NCBI GenBank assembly: GCA_964187785.1
Contig: OZ076409.1
Coordinates: 54,748,001-54,812,000 of the forward strand
Origin: Amphiscolops sp. MND2022
Taxonomy: Eukaryota
Direction of reading: 5' to 3'
Length of the DNA stretch: 64,000 nt
Positions 35,901-48,900 of the stretch are shown in pieces. Each line of letters starts with the position of its first letter. Position 1 is the first letter of the stretch. The translations under genes and the position numbers were made by a program. Under the pieces are notes generated by a model. That model saw nothing but the letters and a program-made list of their open reading frames with translations, searched no databases and was not told the DNA's origin.

Positions 35901-36714
35901 AGTACGCTATAGCAAGGTAACAATTAATTTGCATGAAAGACGTCACTTTTGATTGATTTACGTTCTAATGAGCACAGACACAGGGAAAATATCGCCAACA
36001 GACCTGAATTGTTCATTCTAACAACTTTCAATCTGCAGATATTGAACAGTTTACGCCGGTATGAACTCCAAGCAAGTTCAGAAAGATTGTAAGGATGCTT
36101 AGGAACAGCGAAGGTCAAAAAACTACGGTGAAAAATAAAGTCAAAAATGGCAACAACGAAAGAACATCTTGGGCTCTTGGGCACTAATTACAAACTAGAA
36201 TTGAGTATTGATTGTCACACTCTCAATTCGATGATCTGAACTCAGTTTCAGTTGCTACGGGATTTTGAGACTTCATTTCCGATGTGTACTTGGTTTCTGA
36301 AATGCCATTTCGGGCATTTGAGCAAAACAATAGGAAAAGTTTCAAAAACGTCAAGTAATTTAGAGTTTAGGACCGTAAATTTAGAACCATAACACGAAAA
36401 ATTCGAGTGTTTCAGGACTTGAATGAAATTGGCAGGTTTTGATACGTTTGTTGAAATTTATAGAACTAACTAAATTTGAACACAACTAAGTGTTGAAGAT
36501 ACCAAAGAACCTTTGAAAACGAATCAACGAAAACTCGTCGAAAAGCAACTCGTCGAAAATTCTCCGGCGGAAAACTTGTCGCAACAATAGAAAATTATCT
36601 CAGGCAAGTATGGTTCTAACTTTGTTATCACACCGTGTTGAGAAGTTCTAAATTATTATGAAGTATTACACTGTAAACTGTAAAAATGAAATATTTCAAG
36701 CAATTATATAACTA

Positions 36715-37080
36715 AACAAGACGAGAACGTCTAAAGTCGGCGCTATATCTAAGGCTCGAAAAAAGCAAAACATTCTTTTTGGAAAAAAACTTGAAATTTT
36801 CGAAAATGTTTCTCTTTCGGAAAATGTCGCACAGTGCCGAAAAATGTGAAAAGGGGGACCCTTTTTGATTTATAAACATGCATTCTGTTGCAAAATAACA
36901 AAAAAACTCAAAACCCCTTTGGGACATTAAAAAATTTTTTTTAAAAAAATCGCACAATGCCGAAAAAAAATCAAAACGGGGGACCCTTTAGTCTCGGCCG
37001 GTTTTGTAGGTTACGATAAAAATGGACTAACTGAAAGGGGGGACCCTTTGCACTATCTTAAATGCGCTGCCAGTATTTTA
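36715..37080 (-). repeat. Dispersed non-coding repeat family copy
   Basis: Reverse complement of the motifs at 15127-15520 and 61836-62287. Confidence 0.7.
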
Positions 37081-37085
37081 GTAGT

Positions 37086-38788
37086 TGTCGTAAGCACGGA
37101 ATTCTGTATCTCTGTCACAAAGACGGTCATGATTTCGCTTACTTGTTAAGTTATCTCTGGAACATGCGTTCCGCAGAACTTCAGGATTAACTTCTGGTCT
37201 CTCAGACGGAACGTTCCATCTGTTTTGTGTGGAATGTCCCGATCCGGTATTTAAGGCAGATTGAATTTGGGGCAATATTTGACTACTAATTGCATCACTA
37301 ATTGCCCTTTGGATCTGGGTATTGACACTACTCATCATTTCATCCAATTCCCTAGGCAATCTCGAGTTCAGTACACTGGACAGTCTATTGATCTCTGCAC
37401 TAGAGTTACCTCCTGTTGAGTATTGGTCAAAATCGGCATTATTACTAGGATCAACATTTCTCGACTCTGAGTACCTGTTTTCCTCATTATTTTCGAATTC
37501 ATTTCCAAATGTATTTTCAGGCATCCCGGCCCGATTACTACTAAGACTTTCATCCCTTTCATTTCTATTAAAGTGGTTTTCTCCAAGCATGATATCTAGA
37601 TTCTCAGTAGATAGTAGGCATCAAGATAGAAAGTAGTAGGCATAGATAGAAAGTAGGCATCAAGAATTCAAAGGTTGAATATTGTATTGGTGGTCTAGGT
37701 ATGCAATCTATAAGAGCGTAACAAACTGAGTTTGAATAAGTGGAAAGATTATTGTGTCTTCCTCTCGGAAGGGGTGAATATTTATACTTCCAAGAGAATG
37801 ACATTCACATTCTTTAGATAATATTTCAACAATTTACAAATTCCTTAAAGTCACGAGACTAAGGCAAAACACTAATGGGTACATATCCGTCAGCGGTTAC
37901 CACTTCATCAAAGGGACTCAGGAATTTGTTCATGTTAGGGTCACGAGGAAATTACCTCCATTTTATAAATAGCAGCGTTGTTTATAGAAATAACACTTCA
38001 ATGGAATTTAGGTCGGCAACAAACATCAAACAAATAACAAATCACACCTATTCTAGGAATGTAAACTACTACATGTTAGCACGTGCCTACGTCTGTTGGC
38101 AAATACAATAAGTAGGTAGCTCCAATGCATGTAATATTACATGGAACAACATAGCCTAAACCGACCATTTGACATTAAGTCATTCATCATTAAAGGCTCA
38201 ATTAGTCCCAAAGACTTTTACTTGAGACATCACTGTTATTTAATGTTAATTGTATAGATTAACACCAAAAAAGTTCATGACCAACTCCAGATATTAATAT
38301 GTACTTACATGGCACTCAATCATGTAAATACCACAATCACAACAATTTATGTAGGGAATTAGAGAAACGGCCTATTTTGGCCATTTGATTAAAAGCAAGT
38401 ACTACAGCATAGAATGGGTGAGTGTGATTGACTAATAGAATGAGCTCAAGCGACGTCTCCAGAATAGGAGTTGCGTTCACTTGCACTCGTATCCGTTAAA
38501 CTGCATAGCAGCCTGTATTCACTTTCAATTGCTTTGAACAATTACTGCATTGCAAATTATTGCACTGCTTATTCAATTCGCCTCTTTGGATGTAATTATT
38601 AACAGACTAATAACAAACTTTTCATGATGAATTGGTATTATAACAACGTATAAAAGAAAACAAGTCAGTTTTTGTCTAAGTTTCTAATGGGACCTAACTT
38701 TAGTAAGTTGGTAGGGTACCGGGCACAAATTCCTGACCAACCGCAGACGTAGTCACTGTTGTGCCATCACAGGCTGCAGCCTGCGACA
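37086..38788 (-). repeat. 3' LTR of element C
   Basis: Minus strand TGTCGCAGGCTG...TACGACA (5-bp terminal inverted repeat). Contains the Gag-N ORF (MLGENHF..., 37590-37078). Boundaries inferred by homology to B. Confidence 0.82.
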
Positions 38789-39490
38789 CAGCGGGTGTAA
38801 TGAAAAGAAAGCAGCTTGCGGTGAGTTCATTCTCACACGCCTCCCTTCTGAGTCTTGTGACGATTCGGGCTCATTTTGTCGGGTGGATCGTCGCATGTAC
38901 CACTCCACTTTCTCGTTCTTGATTGCGTCCACTGAGCGACCGCAGATCATACAGCCAGTGTAAGGTATTTCACTGACGTTCTGGTAGGGCATCGTGTTCT
39001 GTACATGATAGGACGCAAGAAATTCCACTCGCGTTGTTTGGGTTTGTGGGGTATCCAATGAAGGCCCTTTCTCATGTTGCGGTAGTGACATGGGCGAATC
39101 AAGAACAGGCAAAAGCGTCTTGCATATTTCGATCTTAGACTTCCCATTTTGTCTGGGAGGAGCGTACCACATTTCCTTATCGAAGTATTTGAGCCCCAGT
39201 TTACTGGCTGGCGTGACTTCTTCGTGGAGATTACTTGTGCTTGGACCAGGTAACATGTCCCCTTGCTCCACTTCTACTGTCATGATCCTTCCTCCGATCA
39301 GCATGGGACTTGAGCAGACTTCTCCCTCAATGCGAGCAACTAGCTCTTCCGTATCGGTGGAACAGTCCGTTTCCCAGCCATCTGAAAGTTCGTCTTCGAT
39401 GCTTGAGAAGTATATAACTGATTTGTCTGAAGCCTCAGAACTGTTGTCATCTAGGTCGAAAAGTTTTCTCGCGAGTGTTGAATTTTTTTA
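38700..39490 (-). pseudogene. Sense accessory ORF of element C
   Basis: RKLFDL..SVIYFSS..WETDCSTDTEE, CMICGRS and GTLPTY* match B 30278-31063. Frameshifted near the 3' end. Confidence 0.8.
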
Positions 39491-40522
39491 GCTATCTTGT
39501 TTAATTGAGATGCGACTGAATAAAGTGAAGATTTAATTAGAATGAATTCGCTGATTTTCCGAACCAAGCCGAATCGGACCTTTTCCTGGCAATTTCAGTT
39601 CGGCGGTTAAAACTTCGGTTATTCTTTCTGAACCGACGTAACCTTTCCATAATGGAATTTCTAGCGGCATCAGTCGTTTGAAATTCAGAAGGCGACCCGC
39701 TTTCTCGCTTTCTCAAGTGGATGAGAGAAGAGTTTTTGAGTTGTTATCAACAAATAACTTCAACCTAAGTAGATAGTTAACGGGCCGCTTGAAAGTAATT
39801 AACGGCACGCGTCGTAGGCTTTCCTCAAAATGGCTTTAGCCAAACAGAACCGTCCATTGAAAGAATGAAAAATGAATAATTATTATGACGGAAATAATAA
39901 CTGAAATAATTCAAAATGGTGAAAATTCTAACTAGTTGGTAATAAGGACAATGGAACAAAACGGTAAAACGAAACAAGGCAAATGGCCATATCCGGCCTC
40001 CAACTAAGTAAACTGCAAAAAACGAGGAGTTCCTGTACATTTCACTGGCAGACTCCATTTACAATTTTAAATATGTAAATAAACACATAATATTAGTCTG
40101 GTAGTTTTTTCAGCCACGAACTCCAACTTTCAATTTTCTAATTGTTGTTTTACCTCATTTTAATTTCAATTCTGTTTATATTCTTAATTTGTATTCGTTA
40201 ATTTTGAATTCTTCTCGTATCCTTGGTTACGGCACCTGTCTGCATTTGTCTCCAACTTCGTCACTGACTTACTCTTCCTCAGAGTTCATCAGCTTTTCCC
40301 CTATCTTCAGCCGAACCCGGCCATTCTCCATTGCTGCATTAGCCAGATAAGAATCAAGTTTGGAGGCGCAAAGTCATCATTACAGATTGACTTCAAACAC
40401 AGGTTGGTCTGGATTTTTATGTTGAACTACATAACTTGATCGGGGCTAAATTTTGTTCAGAAAGAGCTTCCTGTTTCCGTCATTGAATGCGTGATACTTC
40501 CGGAAGATTTCCAATGCGGCAA

Positions 40523-43500
40523 ATGGACTCGTTTCAAGGAAGCATACCGCCAGATTTCATCTCTTCTTGTTTAGAGAGACCAGAACCCGAATGCCAAACA
40601 GCACCAAACCATTCTGAGTCTGCAGACCTTAACACTGTCACCGGACTAATTTCCGACGCACAGGCCCACGACAGAGTCACACCATCGCCCCAAAGTACCA
40701 GCAGTGAACCGGATGTCAACCTCTTTGCTGAGGACATAGTACGCCAAATAGAAATTTGACAACAGAAGACTGTTGCAGAACTCGATTCCACTTGCACCCC
40801 AAATTCAGAAGAAACTCCGCAGGTCGTACAACGGTCCAGCACCCCTGTTCCTGGTAGTTACGGGCAAGAAACCGAGGCTAGCCTCACCCAGTTAGAGACT
40901 GGACTCAGAGTTGCGACTTCTTCTCGCACTCTTCCCGAGCTTCTAACTACGGCTCTTTCGGATCATGAGGCAGCTGAATTGTCAAATTTACAGACTGAAG
41001 ACAACAACGTTTCTTCATTGTGTGAGTTTCCATCATTGCCTAATTTTGAGCCAAAAGTCCGATTCCTGACTGATATGAGCGAGAGTGAGAATACTGCGGA
41101 GGAAGGGAGCCTCGTCGATTGTCCTACCCTTTATGGCCGTAATCCTTTGAGATCTGAGTCAGGTACTGAAGCTGGTGATGAGACAGACATCAATTGCACT
41201 CCAACAATCCGCGACATGCCCTCTACTTCCTCGGGTTATGTCCTTGGGGACAATGTTCCTGATCTGTCCGGACGATGCAGGGCAATTCTGGAGAATTACT
41301 TCCAAGAATCTGACGCCTTCAATCTACCCCAGGGGCATCCAGTAGTTGCCTTCACTGAACCCCAAGTGTACCATTTGTTGAGAGTCCTGAATGATGAAAC
41401 ACTCAAAAAATTGTTCGACACCGTGGAACGTATGGTTATTGAAGCTGTGAAGGGGAAAACTTCAACAACCCCGTCTAGAACCTCCCACTTCCAGACCAAA
41501 AGGCGAGCACAAACCCCAGAGCGCTGGATTCATTCAGACTCCAAACAGGAAACGTCTGGGCACTCAGGTGCTGCCAGTGCATCTGGTTCCGAGGACTTGG
41601 GCGACACTTCATACGATGGAGAGACTGACAGCGCAACGGAGATGGCTTTGATCTCTAACACCTTCAAGCCAATGTCAGAAATCAATCAGGAACATCCAAC
41701 CACCGAGGAACCGAATCCCGAACAGGCTACTGAACACAGCAGTCAGGATGCAACCCTCCTGGAATTACAGCAGTCGGCAAGGAATGCAAAAACCCCAAGA
41801 CCCTCCATGGAGAAACGCTCAAAGGCGGTCAAGAGACCTAGTCGAAGAAAGGCACCTATGCGGGAGGAGTTTTTCTCCAAAATTCGGTGGACCAGTTCTT
41901 TCATTTCCGGTCCAGTTGACCCTATCCACAATCCACATATGGTCTGGTGCCATATGTGCAAGAAGAATTTTTCAATTCGAAACAGGGTCCCGTTGAGATT
42001 CTGCGCCACCATAGGACCGAGAAACATCTGAGAAGCGACCAGCGGTGGAGGTACGAGCACCTCAGGAGTACTGATCAGCCACCGGTAAGGTCCAACACCG
42101 CGTCCGGGGTCGAAATGGGAAGATTTTAATTAAATTAGAACTAGCGAAAGAACTTTCGAAATTTATCAACACGGAACTCATGGAAGTAGGGGAGAGATTC
42201 CTTTTCTACGACGACTTTATCCAAGGGCGGACCGTTGCCTTGATTACACCGGAGTCTCGGGCTCGGACCCAATTGAGGATTGTCGCTGAATTTCTCGAAA
42301 CTCAGAGCGATTTCTCTATCCTTCGAAATCTTTGGGCCAGATTAAGTACCTTAACTGATCACCACGCCAGCCTCTGCGTTTTTGATTGGGGCGAAGAACA
42401 CATGACGGTAAGATCTGATTTCTTGTTTAAATTCCTAATCTTGTTTACAGTGCCATGTTTGTGAATGGTTCGTGACACCTGATTGTTTCATTCCAGGCCA
42501 TCCGCCAGCACTTCTTTGATAGTGCTATGTCAGACATTGCCGAGCATGTTGCCGCAGAGCAGTGTTTCGTTTTGGAATTCGAGGAAAGAGGGCTTAATCG
42601 TTTCATGTCAGTTCGATTTTGGAAGGATCAGCACCTTTGCGAGTTGCCTGCCACAGGACTGACAGGTGATTTGGGATCACTGTCCCGGCTACTTTCCCTC
42701 ACTTCCACCAAAATAGACGTAGTCGCATGTTCTGGAGGCCCTGCTGACTTGATCCGGACGATTAATCAGTCTCCCAACTTCACGCGGAGTACACAAGCAG
42801 TTCGTTTCGAGCAGTTGGACTTGCCTCATTTATTGAATAAGATGAGTTACAGTGTCTTCGGGCACATAGAATTATTCTCTGTGTTGCGGGGGCTGTTAAT
42901 TTCGCTCGGCGGATCGCAAACAGAGGACTGGGTCTTGAGGAGTCCTGAACAGGCCAAAGTAAGTGTTCCCTCAATTCATCTCAATGAAATAGGGCAAACG
43001 TTAAGAGGAACTCCCTTTAGATCTTCACATCTTTGTGGCATTGACCATGTGTTTGTAGTCAACGGATTAATGGATTGATTTGCCCAATTGTAATATTTGT
43101 GAGACTTCAGGCCATCGCAAAATGCAAGTTGGATCTCTTGACATTGCCAGCCCTCTGTCAAGAGCTGATAGATGAATGGAAGTCTGTTACTTCATACCTA
43201 ACTCTACACGCCCCATACCAGCAAGGACAAGGAGTCAGAACCAGGGTAGGTAACCTCATTAGGAATACCATCTTTAGAATATAATATCACTCAGCAAGCA
43301 CTACCACGGATAATGTCACCCGTTAAGGCCGCCAGCTAAGGATCAGTGTATGTGTTTCAGGTGCAGAGTTTCGAATGGGGGCTCAAATGCGATGAGTTCT
43401 TCTTGGTCAAGTTAGAACTCTTCTACCATCTTGTCAGTGACTGCAAGTATAGGTTCATTTGTCCAGGGTTTCGTCCAAGACTCCCGTTAGGGCTATGTTT

Positions 43501-45665
43501 TGTCCACAGACAACGCCTCTTTCCTCATCAACCTTCAGCAAAGACGGGATGCCTCGTTCTACTTGTGTGGCGAAGTCTCTCGATTTCTTTACCAGCTCTG
43601 CTTCAGGTGCTACACGCCCGATACCATTCCCTTAGAAAATGCATGGTTTCTGCTTCTGGACTTCCAGGTGAGTGAGGGGAAATTCATGCCAGCAGACGAG
43701 TTCCTCATTCGTCTCAAAATGACTTAAAAAGGTTCCGTCCGCCAGTAAACGCAAAGCTGAAGGAGTCCACTCAGGGAAGCGGTCAGAACGGGCTTTGATC
43801 CAGAAGATAGCAGACACTATCCGATCCGAGTTTGTCCAGGATGGGCTGAATTACATACAGTTCTTGATTGGTGAGGTGTTGCGCCAAACTGGATTTAGCT
43901 CGAACATTGTCAAGGGGTTGGCTGCCTTTGATCCCTTCATTCTGCTGAAGCGCCCAACCGAAGTTGCACTCCGACATTTCGAAGTACTGTTTAGTACATT
44001 CCAGCGTCGGTCTTGTGTCAATTCTGCTAATGAGTCTGCATGTCGGGGTCAATACGTTGAGCTACTAGATCACCTCAGATCCACTTACCCGGCCAATTTT
44101 GACGTCACAGATGGTGCTGGAGACTTGATAGATTTCCTGAATTTTCTCTTCTTTCCGCCTCTTTCGGGCAAACTGCTTTCTCCCCAAATTACGACCCTTG
44201 GGAAACTGTTCACAACTTTGGTCGAACAAAAATCTACAAGTCATTGTTGTCTACATATCGATCAATTACATCAGGCCCTAAAGTTGTTCCTTCGCGGGTG
44301 GATACTGGTGAAAGTTCCTCAGTCCTTGACGAGTCAGCCTTGAAGGTACCAAATGATACCAAGCGCAGGCGTCTGGAGAAGGGAGCCTCACGTTCCAGAT
44401 CATCATCTGTCATTGAAGAACCTTTTACCGGAACCTCTAAGGACTAAATGTACATATGTATTTATGAACTTTCAAACTGTAAACTTTGTCCATGTCTTTG
44501 CACTTTTCTGTATTTATTCATTTGTCTTTGTTACTTTTCGTTATTTCTGGTCCCATATTTATTTGTAAGGGCTCTTTGTTGTTATGCCTCAGTATCATGG
44601 TATGCATGAAGCCTGGAATGAAAAGAGGGCTCTTTCAAGAGCTGATAGATGAATGGAAGTCTGTTACTTCATACCTAACTCTACACGCCCCATACCAGCA
44701 AGGACAAGGAGTCAGAACCAGGGTAGGTAACCTTATTAGGAATACCATCTTTAGAATATAATATCACTCAGCAAGCACTACCACGGATGTCACCCGTTAA
44801 GGCCGCCAGCTAAGGATCAGTGTATGTGTTTCAGGTGCAGAGTTTCGAGTGGGGGCTCAAAAGCGATGAGTTCTTCTTGGTCAAGTTAGAACTCTTCTAC
44901 CATCTTGTCAGTGACTGCAAGAATAGGTTTATTTGTCCAGGGTTTCGTCCAAGACTCCCGTTAGCGCTATGTTTTGTTCACAGACAACGCCTCTTTCCTC
45001 ATCAACCTTCAGCAAAGACGGGATGCCTCGTTCGACTTGTGTGGCGAAATCTCTCAATTTCTTTACCAGCTCTGCTTCAGGTGCTACACGCCCGATACCA
45101 TTCCCCTAGAAAATTCATGGTTTCTGCTTCTGGACTTCCAGGTGAGTGAGGGGAAATTCATGCCAGCAGACGAGTTCCTCATTCGTCTCAAAATGACTAA
45201 TAAGGTTCCGTCCGCCAGTAAACGAAAGGCTGAAGGAGTCCACTCAGGGAAGCGGTCAGAACGGGGTCAATACGTTGAGCTACTAGATCACCTCAGATCC
45301 ATTTACCCGGCCAATTTTGACGTCACAGATGGTGCTGGAGACTTGATAGATTTCCTGAATTTTCTCTTATTTCCGCCTCTTTCGGGCAAACTGCTTTCTC
45401 CCCAAATTACGACCCTTGGGAAACTGTTCACAACTTTGGTCGAACAAAAATCTACAAGTCAATGTTGTCTACATATCGATCAAATACATCAGGCCCTAAA
45501 GTTGTTCCTTCGCGGGTGGATACTGGTGAAAGTTCCTCAGTCCTTGACGAGTCAGCCTTGAAGGTACCAAATGATACCAAGCGCAGGCGTCTGGAGAAGG
45601 GAGCCTCACGTTCCAGATCATCATCTGTCATTGAAGAACCTTTTACCGGAACCTCTAAGGACTAA
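40523..45665 (+). pseudogene. Antisense multi-exon BED-finger/hAT-like gene of element C, 3' part duplicated
   Basis: Start MDSFQGS; WCHMCKKNFSI..EILRHHRTEKH; introns 42408-42496, 42959-43110, 43246-43360, 43443-43509; ends GTSKD* at 44447 and again at 45665. Confidence 0.8.
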
Positions 45666-45850
45666 ATGTACATATGTATTTATGAATTTTCAAACTGTGA
45701 ACTTTGTCCATGTCTTTGCACTTTTCTGTATTTATTCATTTGTCTTTGTTACTTTTCGTTATTTCTGGTCCCATATTTATTTGTAAGGGCTCTTTGTTGT
45801 TATGCCTCAGTATCATGGTATGCATGAAGCCTGGAAAGAAAAGAGGGGCT
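43153..45850 (+). repeat. Tandem duplication inside element C (43153-44630 and 44631-45850)
   Basis: Near-identical sequence and duplicated ORFs (e.g. 44244-44447 vs 45462-45665). The second copy lacks ~255 bp. Confidence 0.92.
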
Positions 45851-45914
45851 ATTAAAAATAGAAAGAAAAAGATAGCAGAACGAAGAACTCCCGTTTTCGG
45901 GTGAATGCAATCTT

Positions 45915-48900
45915 TTAGTATCTGAAATCTTCTAAGTAGTTTGGGTTAGGATTAGGTCTGAGGTTATATCGCCCACCTCAGATTTTCATTTCCTTCCTCA
46001 TTCTGCGATATTTCGGGCACGATAACATCATCCCCCTTTTTTGAAGATTTTTGTGCGTCGCTTTCGTTAGCAGAATTCCCTTCTGAAAAATTTGCATCGT
46101 TTTCCTGTCTTTCAGACAGATCCGGCAAGGATTTTCTGGATTTTTGTGGTTAACCGCCGAGTCCGGCCAATGAGAGTTTTCGTTTCTAATCGCTTCAGAA
46201 GATTCATTTGTAATGCTGAGGTCACTTTTCTTTCTTTCATCTTGGCCGTGCGTTGTATAGTTGACGTCATTCGGACGATCGGTCGTGATTATAAAATCAG
46301 CTTCATTCTCGTTTGCGTCATTTGAATTCGCTTCTGCCGTAAGTGGCCGTTCCCTATTCGGTAAGCTAGTCGGAATAGGCTCGTTGCCACGTGTAGCTAG
46401 CTGTTCGCCGAAGTTCGTCTCCCACGTTATTTTGTAAAAGTCGTCTTGCGGAATGACAATTTCTTCGTCTTGCTGTAATCGCTGTTCTTGGAAATTGACT
46501 TGAAGCGGTTGATTGGGAACAATGTTTTTAAGGCGAATCCGATGCATGATCTGAGTTGTTTTTGTATTGAGCCTGCGGATGATGTAATTCTCATTAGGTA
46601 GGATTTTCTGGACTATAAATGGTCCAACCCAGCGATAATCTCTGAACGGGATCTTTGATCCTTGGTGATCCGCTTTTGGCTGCAGTACAAAACAGTAGTC
46701 ATTTTCTTTGAGTGGTACCGCTTTTGCTTTGCGGTCATAATGTTCCTTGTTTTTAATATGGGATTGCATGATATTCTGCTTTGTTTTGTCAATCAGGAGT
46801 TTTGTCCTGTTTCGGACTTCTTTCGCAAATTCAGTTGTGGGAGTGATCTGGTCGTTTGGATTGTTTCCAAGCTTATGATCCAAGATATTGTATGGAACTC
46901 GTCCATGGAATACTCTTGTTGGTTCACAACCAAAGCTTGCGTGGTAACTCGTATTGTGGTTCAGAACTGCTAATGGCAAGTATTTATGCCATTGTTGGCG
47001 ATATTCCCCACATGCCATTTTTAGGTTAGTTTTCAATGAAGCATGGGTACGCTCCAATGTCCCGATCGTTTGCGGGTGTTTTGTCGTCGCACATTCGAGA
47101 GTAATCCCCAAAGTTTGCGTAATCTCCTCAATAATCGTAGATGTGAATGCAAAACCTTTATCCGTAATGAGCGTTGTTGGTAGGTATGCATGTTTCGTCA
47201 TTATGTCAATAAGCACTTTTGCTACATTGATCGCTGAGGCATCCGTAAGAGGATAAGCAAACAGAGAGAAGACATCAATTGCAGTTAGAACAATTTCATA
47301 TCCTCCGCTTGGGGGAAGATTTGGCAATAGGTCGATCTGCCTGGCATCTGCGGGTCCAAGGTCCCATTCCGGCACGTTAAGTAGTTCAGGCGTAATTGTT
47401 GCGTTTGGGACGCGTTTGTCCCTCGCGCATTGTTCGCACCCTTCTACCCACTTTTTAAAGTATTTTGCCATGTTAGGGTAGTAATACCTCTGTCTGATCT
47501 CCTGTAACATCTTTGATATGCCAGCGTGCCTGTGAGCAGTCCCATGAAGGGACTGGAGCAGTTCCTGGAGTAGGTGCTGCGGGAGTAGAGTTTGATGGTA
47601 CTTTACGTTCCCTATTTCATCGAAGTATTGCATGGTCAGGATTTCTTCCTTGACTACGATTCGTTCTAAGTTGCTTCCATAGTGTCGGTAACGAACATCC
47701 TGTTGCAGCACGTTTTCTGCATATTCCTCATGAAGAAGTTTTGCCTTCAATTGTTGAAGTACAACATCCTTGGATTGTTCGATAATTATCTGGTTCGTCT
47801 TCCGTAAGCGGACTTGTGTCTCAGGTTGCTGTTCAATCAAATTGGTAGAAAGTGTTTGGATTGTTACAGCAGGTTCGTTTATGACGGGATTTTGCCTGAT
47901 TGCCTCTTTCCTCGCCCAGTATTGTTCTTCAGTCTCGTCGTCATCGTTTGTGAAGAAGATCTGTTCTTCCTGTGAGACTTCGCTGATTGGACATTAATTT
48001 CGATCGGTAAGGTTTGGACATCTTCTCGGATTTTCATAACTAATGTGTCTTTGGGGTCTGCTTCTAGTCGGGACAGGTGATCCGGTGCCGTATTTTGCGC
48101 TCCTGGGATATGCGCTATGACAAAATTGAACTGAATGACATAGTCAAATGCGTTCCACAAGGCTGGTGGCACGATTTTTGAAAAATCTGGTCACGGCTTT
48201 GTTGTCGGTAAGGATAATGACCGGTTTCGGCGCGCCCCAGAAAATATGCCCAAATTCCTCAGATGAGAAATTATTCGCCAGAAATTCTTTTGCACAAATT
48301 GACATCTTTATCTGGGCTGGGGTGAAAGTTTTTGAGCCGTAGGTAACCGGTGCATAGGATTTGCGGATTGAAGTGAATTTCTGACTTGGATCATCTTCAA
48401 GTAGGACTGCATATCCGGCAGCTCCAAAGCTTGCATCTGTCATTATTGCAATTTGCTTGTTGGGGATTGGTTGTTGCAAGGCCAAGTCACAGCATTTGTC
48501 TAAGGCTCGGTTGATTTCCTCAAATTGGTGGACTAATTCTTGTGATACTAGGACCTTTTCGTCACTAATCAGCATCTTGTAGAAAGGAGCAAGGCGTTCT
48601 GACAGTCTTGGGACATAATTTCGGTACTAGTTCAAGAAGCCCAAGTATCTCTGTAAAGCCTTTTTCGACTCTGGAAATTTGGTTTTTTCAAGGAAGTTCT
48701 GAACATTCTGTCTTTGGGGTTTGACGCCTTGTGAGGTTACTGTTCTGCCGAGGATGTCAATTTCCGTGGCACCAAAGTGACATTTATGCATTGTCAAATT
48801 AAGGCCTGCTTCCTGAATGCATTTAAATGTTGCTCTCAGGTTGGCGATGAGATGATCAGCATCGTTAGATGCGATGCCGATATCGTCCACGTACTGGGCA

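Noticed and set aside
33000..36700. Short ORFs (e.g. 35491-35952, 35924-36184) as host genes
   Set aside because: No recognisable domains or coherent exon chain; a decayed gene cannot be excluded.
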